Below are positions 8,615-10,115 of a DNA stretch of 10,115 nucleotides, one piece after another. Source of the stretch: Puniceicoccales bacterium (GTDB lineage Bacteria > Verrucomicrobiota > Verrucomicrobiia > Opitutales > JAIRLG01); contig JAITRB010000015.1 in assembly GCA_031288595.1 (NCBI GenBank), positions 1-10,115 on the forward strand, given 5' to 3'. Position 1 is the first letter of the stretch. Each line of letters starts with the position of its first letter. The notes under the pieces are model-generated. The model ran no database searches and was not told where the DNA came from. It saw nothing but the letters and a program-made list of their open reading frames with translations. The position numbers and the translations under genes are program-made.

Positions 8615-10048
<1,434 letters not shown>

Positions 10049-10078
10049 CTATTATAGAGCTTAGAAACCGGTCAGAGA

Positions 10079-10103
10079 TATGAGCCCCCTGCGAGGGCGC
10101 TCA
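10079..10103. other. GC-rich hairpin near the window edge (context truncated)
   Basis: ATGAGC-C-CCCT GCG AGGG-C-GCTCAT forms 10 bp with one C.C mismatch and a 3-nt loop. No T-tract follows on either strand. The window ends 12 nt later. Confidence 0.35.
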
Positions 10104-10115
10104 TTGCGTAGTAGC

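Overview
About five-sixths of the window is six conserved housekeeping genes, all on the minus strand. In transcription order they are eno (enolase), ruvA, ppdK (pyruvate phosphate dikinase), dnaK, groES and groEL. Coding sequence is GC-rich and the spacers are locally AT-richer. I see no mobile element, CRISPR array, tRNA/rRNA gene, or defence or toxin cassette, and the taxon cannot be assigned from this sequence alone. The features not explained by the genes are all non-coding. (1) Each of the three long spacers carries one GC-rich compound palindrome that folds almost without unpaired bases into an outer stem enclosing three hairpins. These lie at 4174-4285, 7318-7442 and 8476-8561. Two copies are clearly homologous but inverted relative to each other, and their outer stems differ by fully compensated changes. 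This looks like a REP/BIME-like or structured-RNA repeat family that I cannot match to a named family from memory. (2) A near-consensus sigma-54 (-24/-12) motif sits upstream of dnaK, where a CIRCE or sigma-32 element would be expected. (3) dnaK is followed after 52 nt by groES-groEL, with no grpE or dnaJ and no terminator. (4) The ruvA-ppdK spacer is unusually long at 724 nt. It contains a perfect 2 x 11 bp direct repeat and about 340 nt with no assignable function. (5) A purine-block motif is shared by the eno and ruvA upstream regions. All functional readings of the non-coding elements are inference. Only the base-pairing and sequence matches are seen directly.
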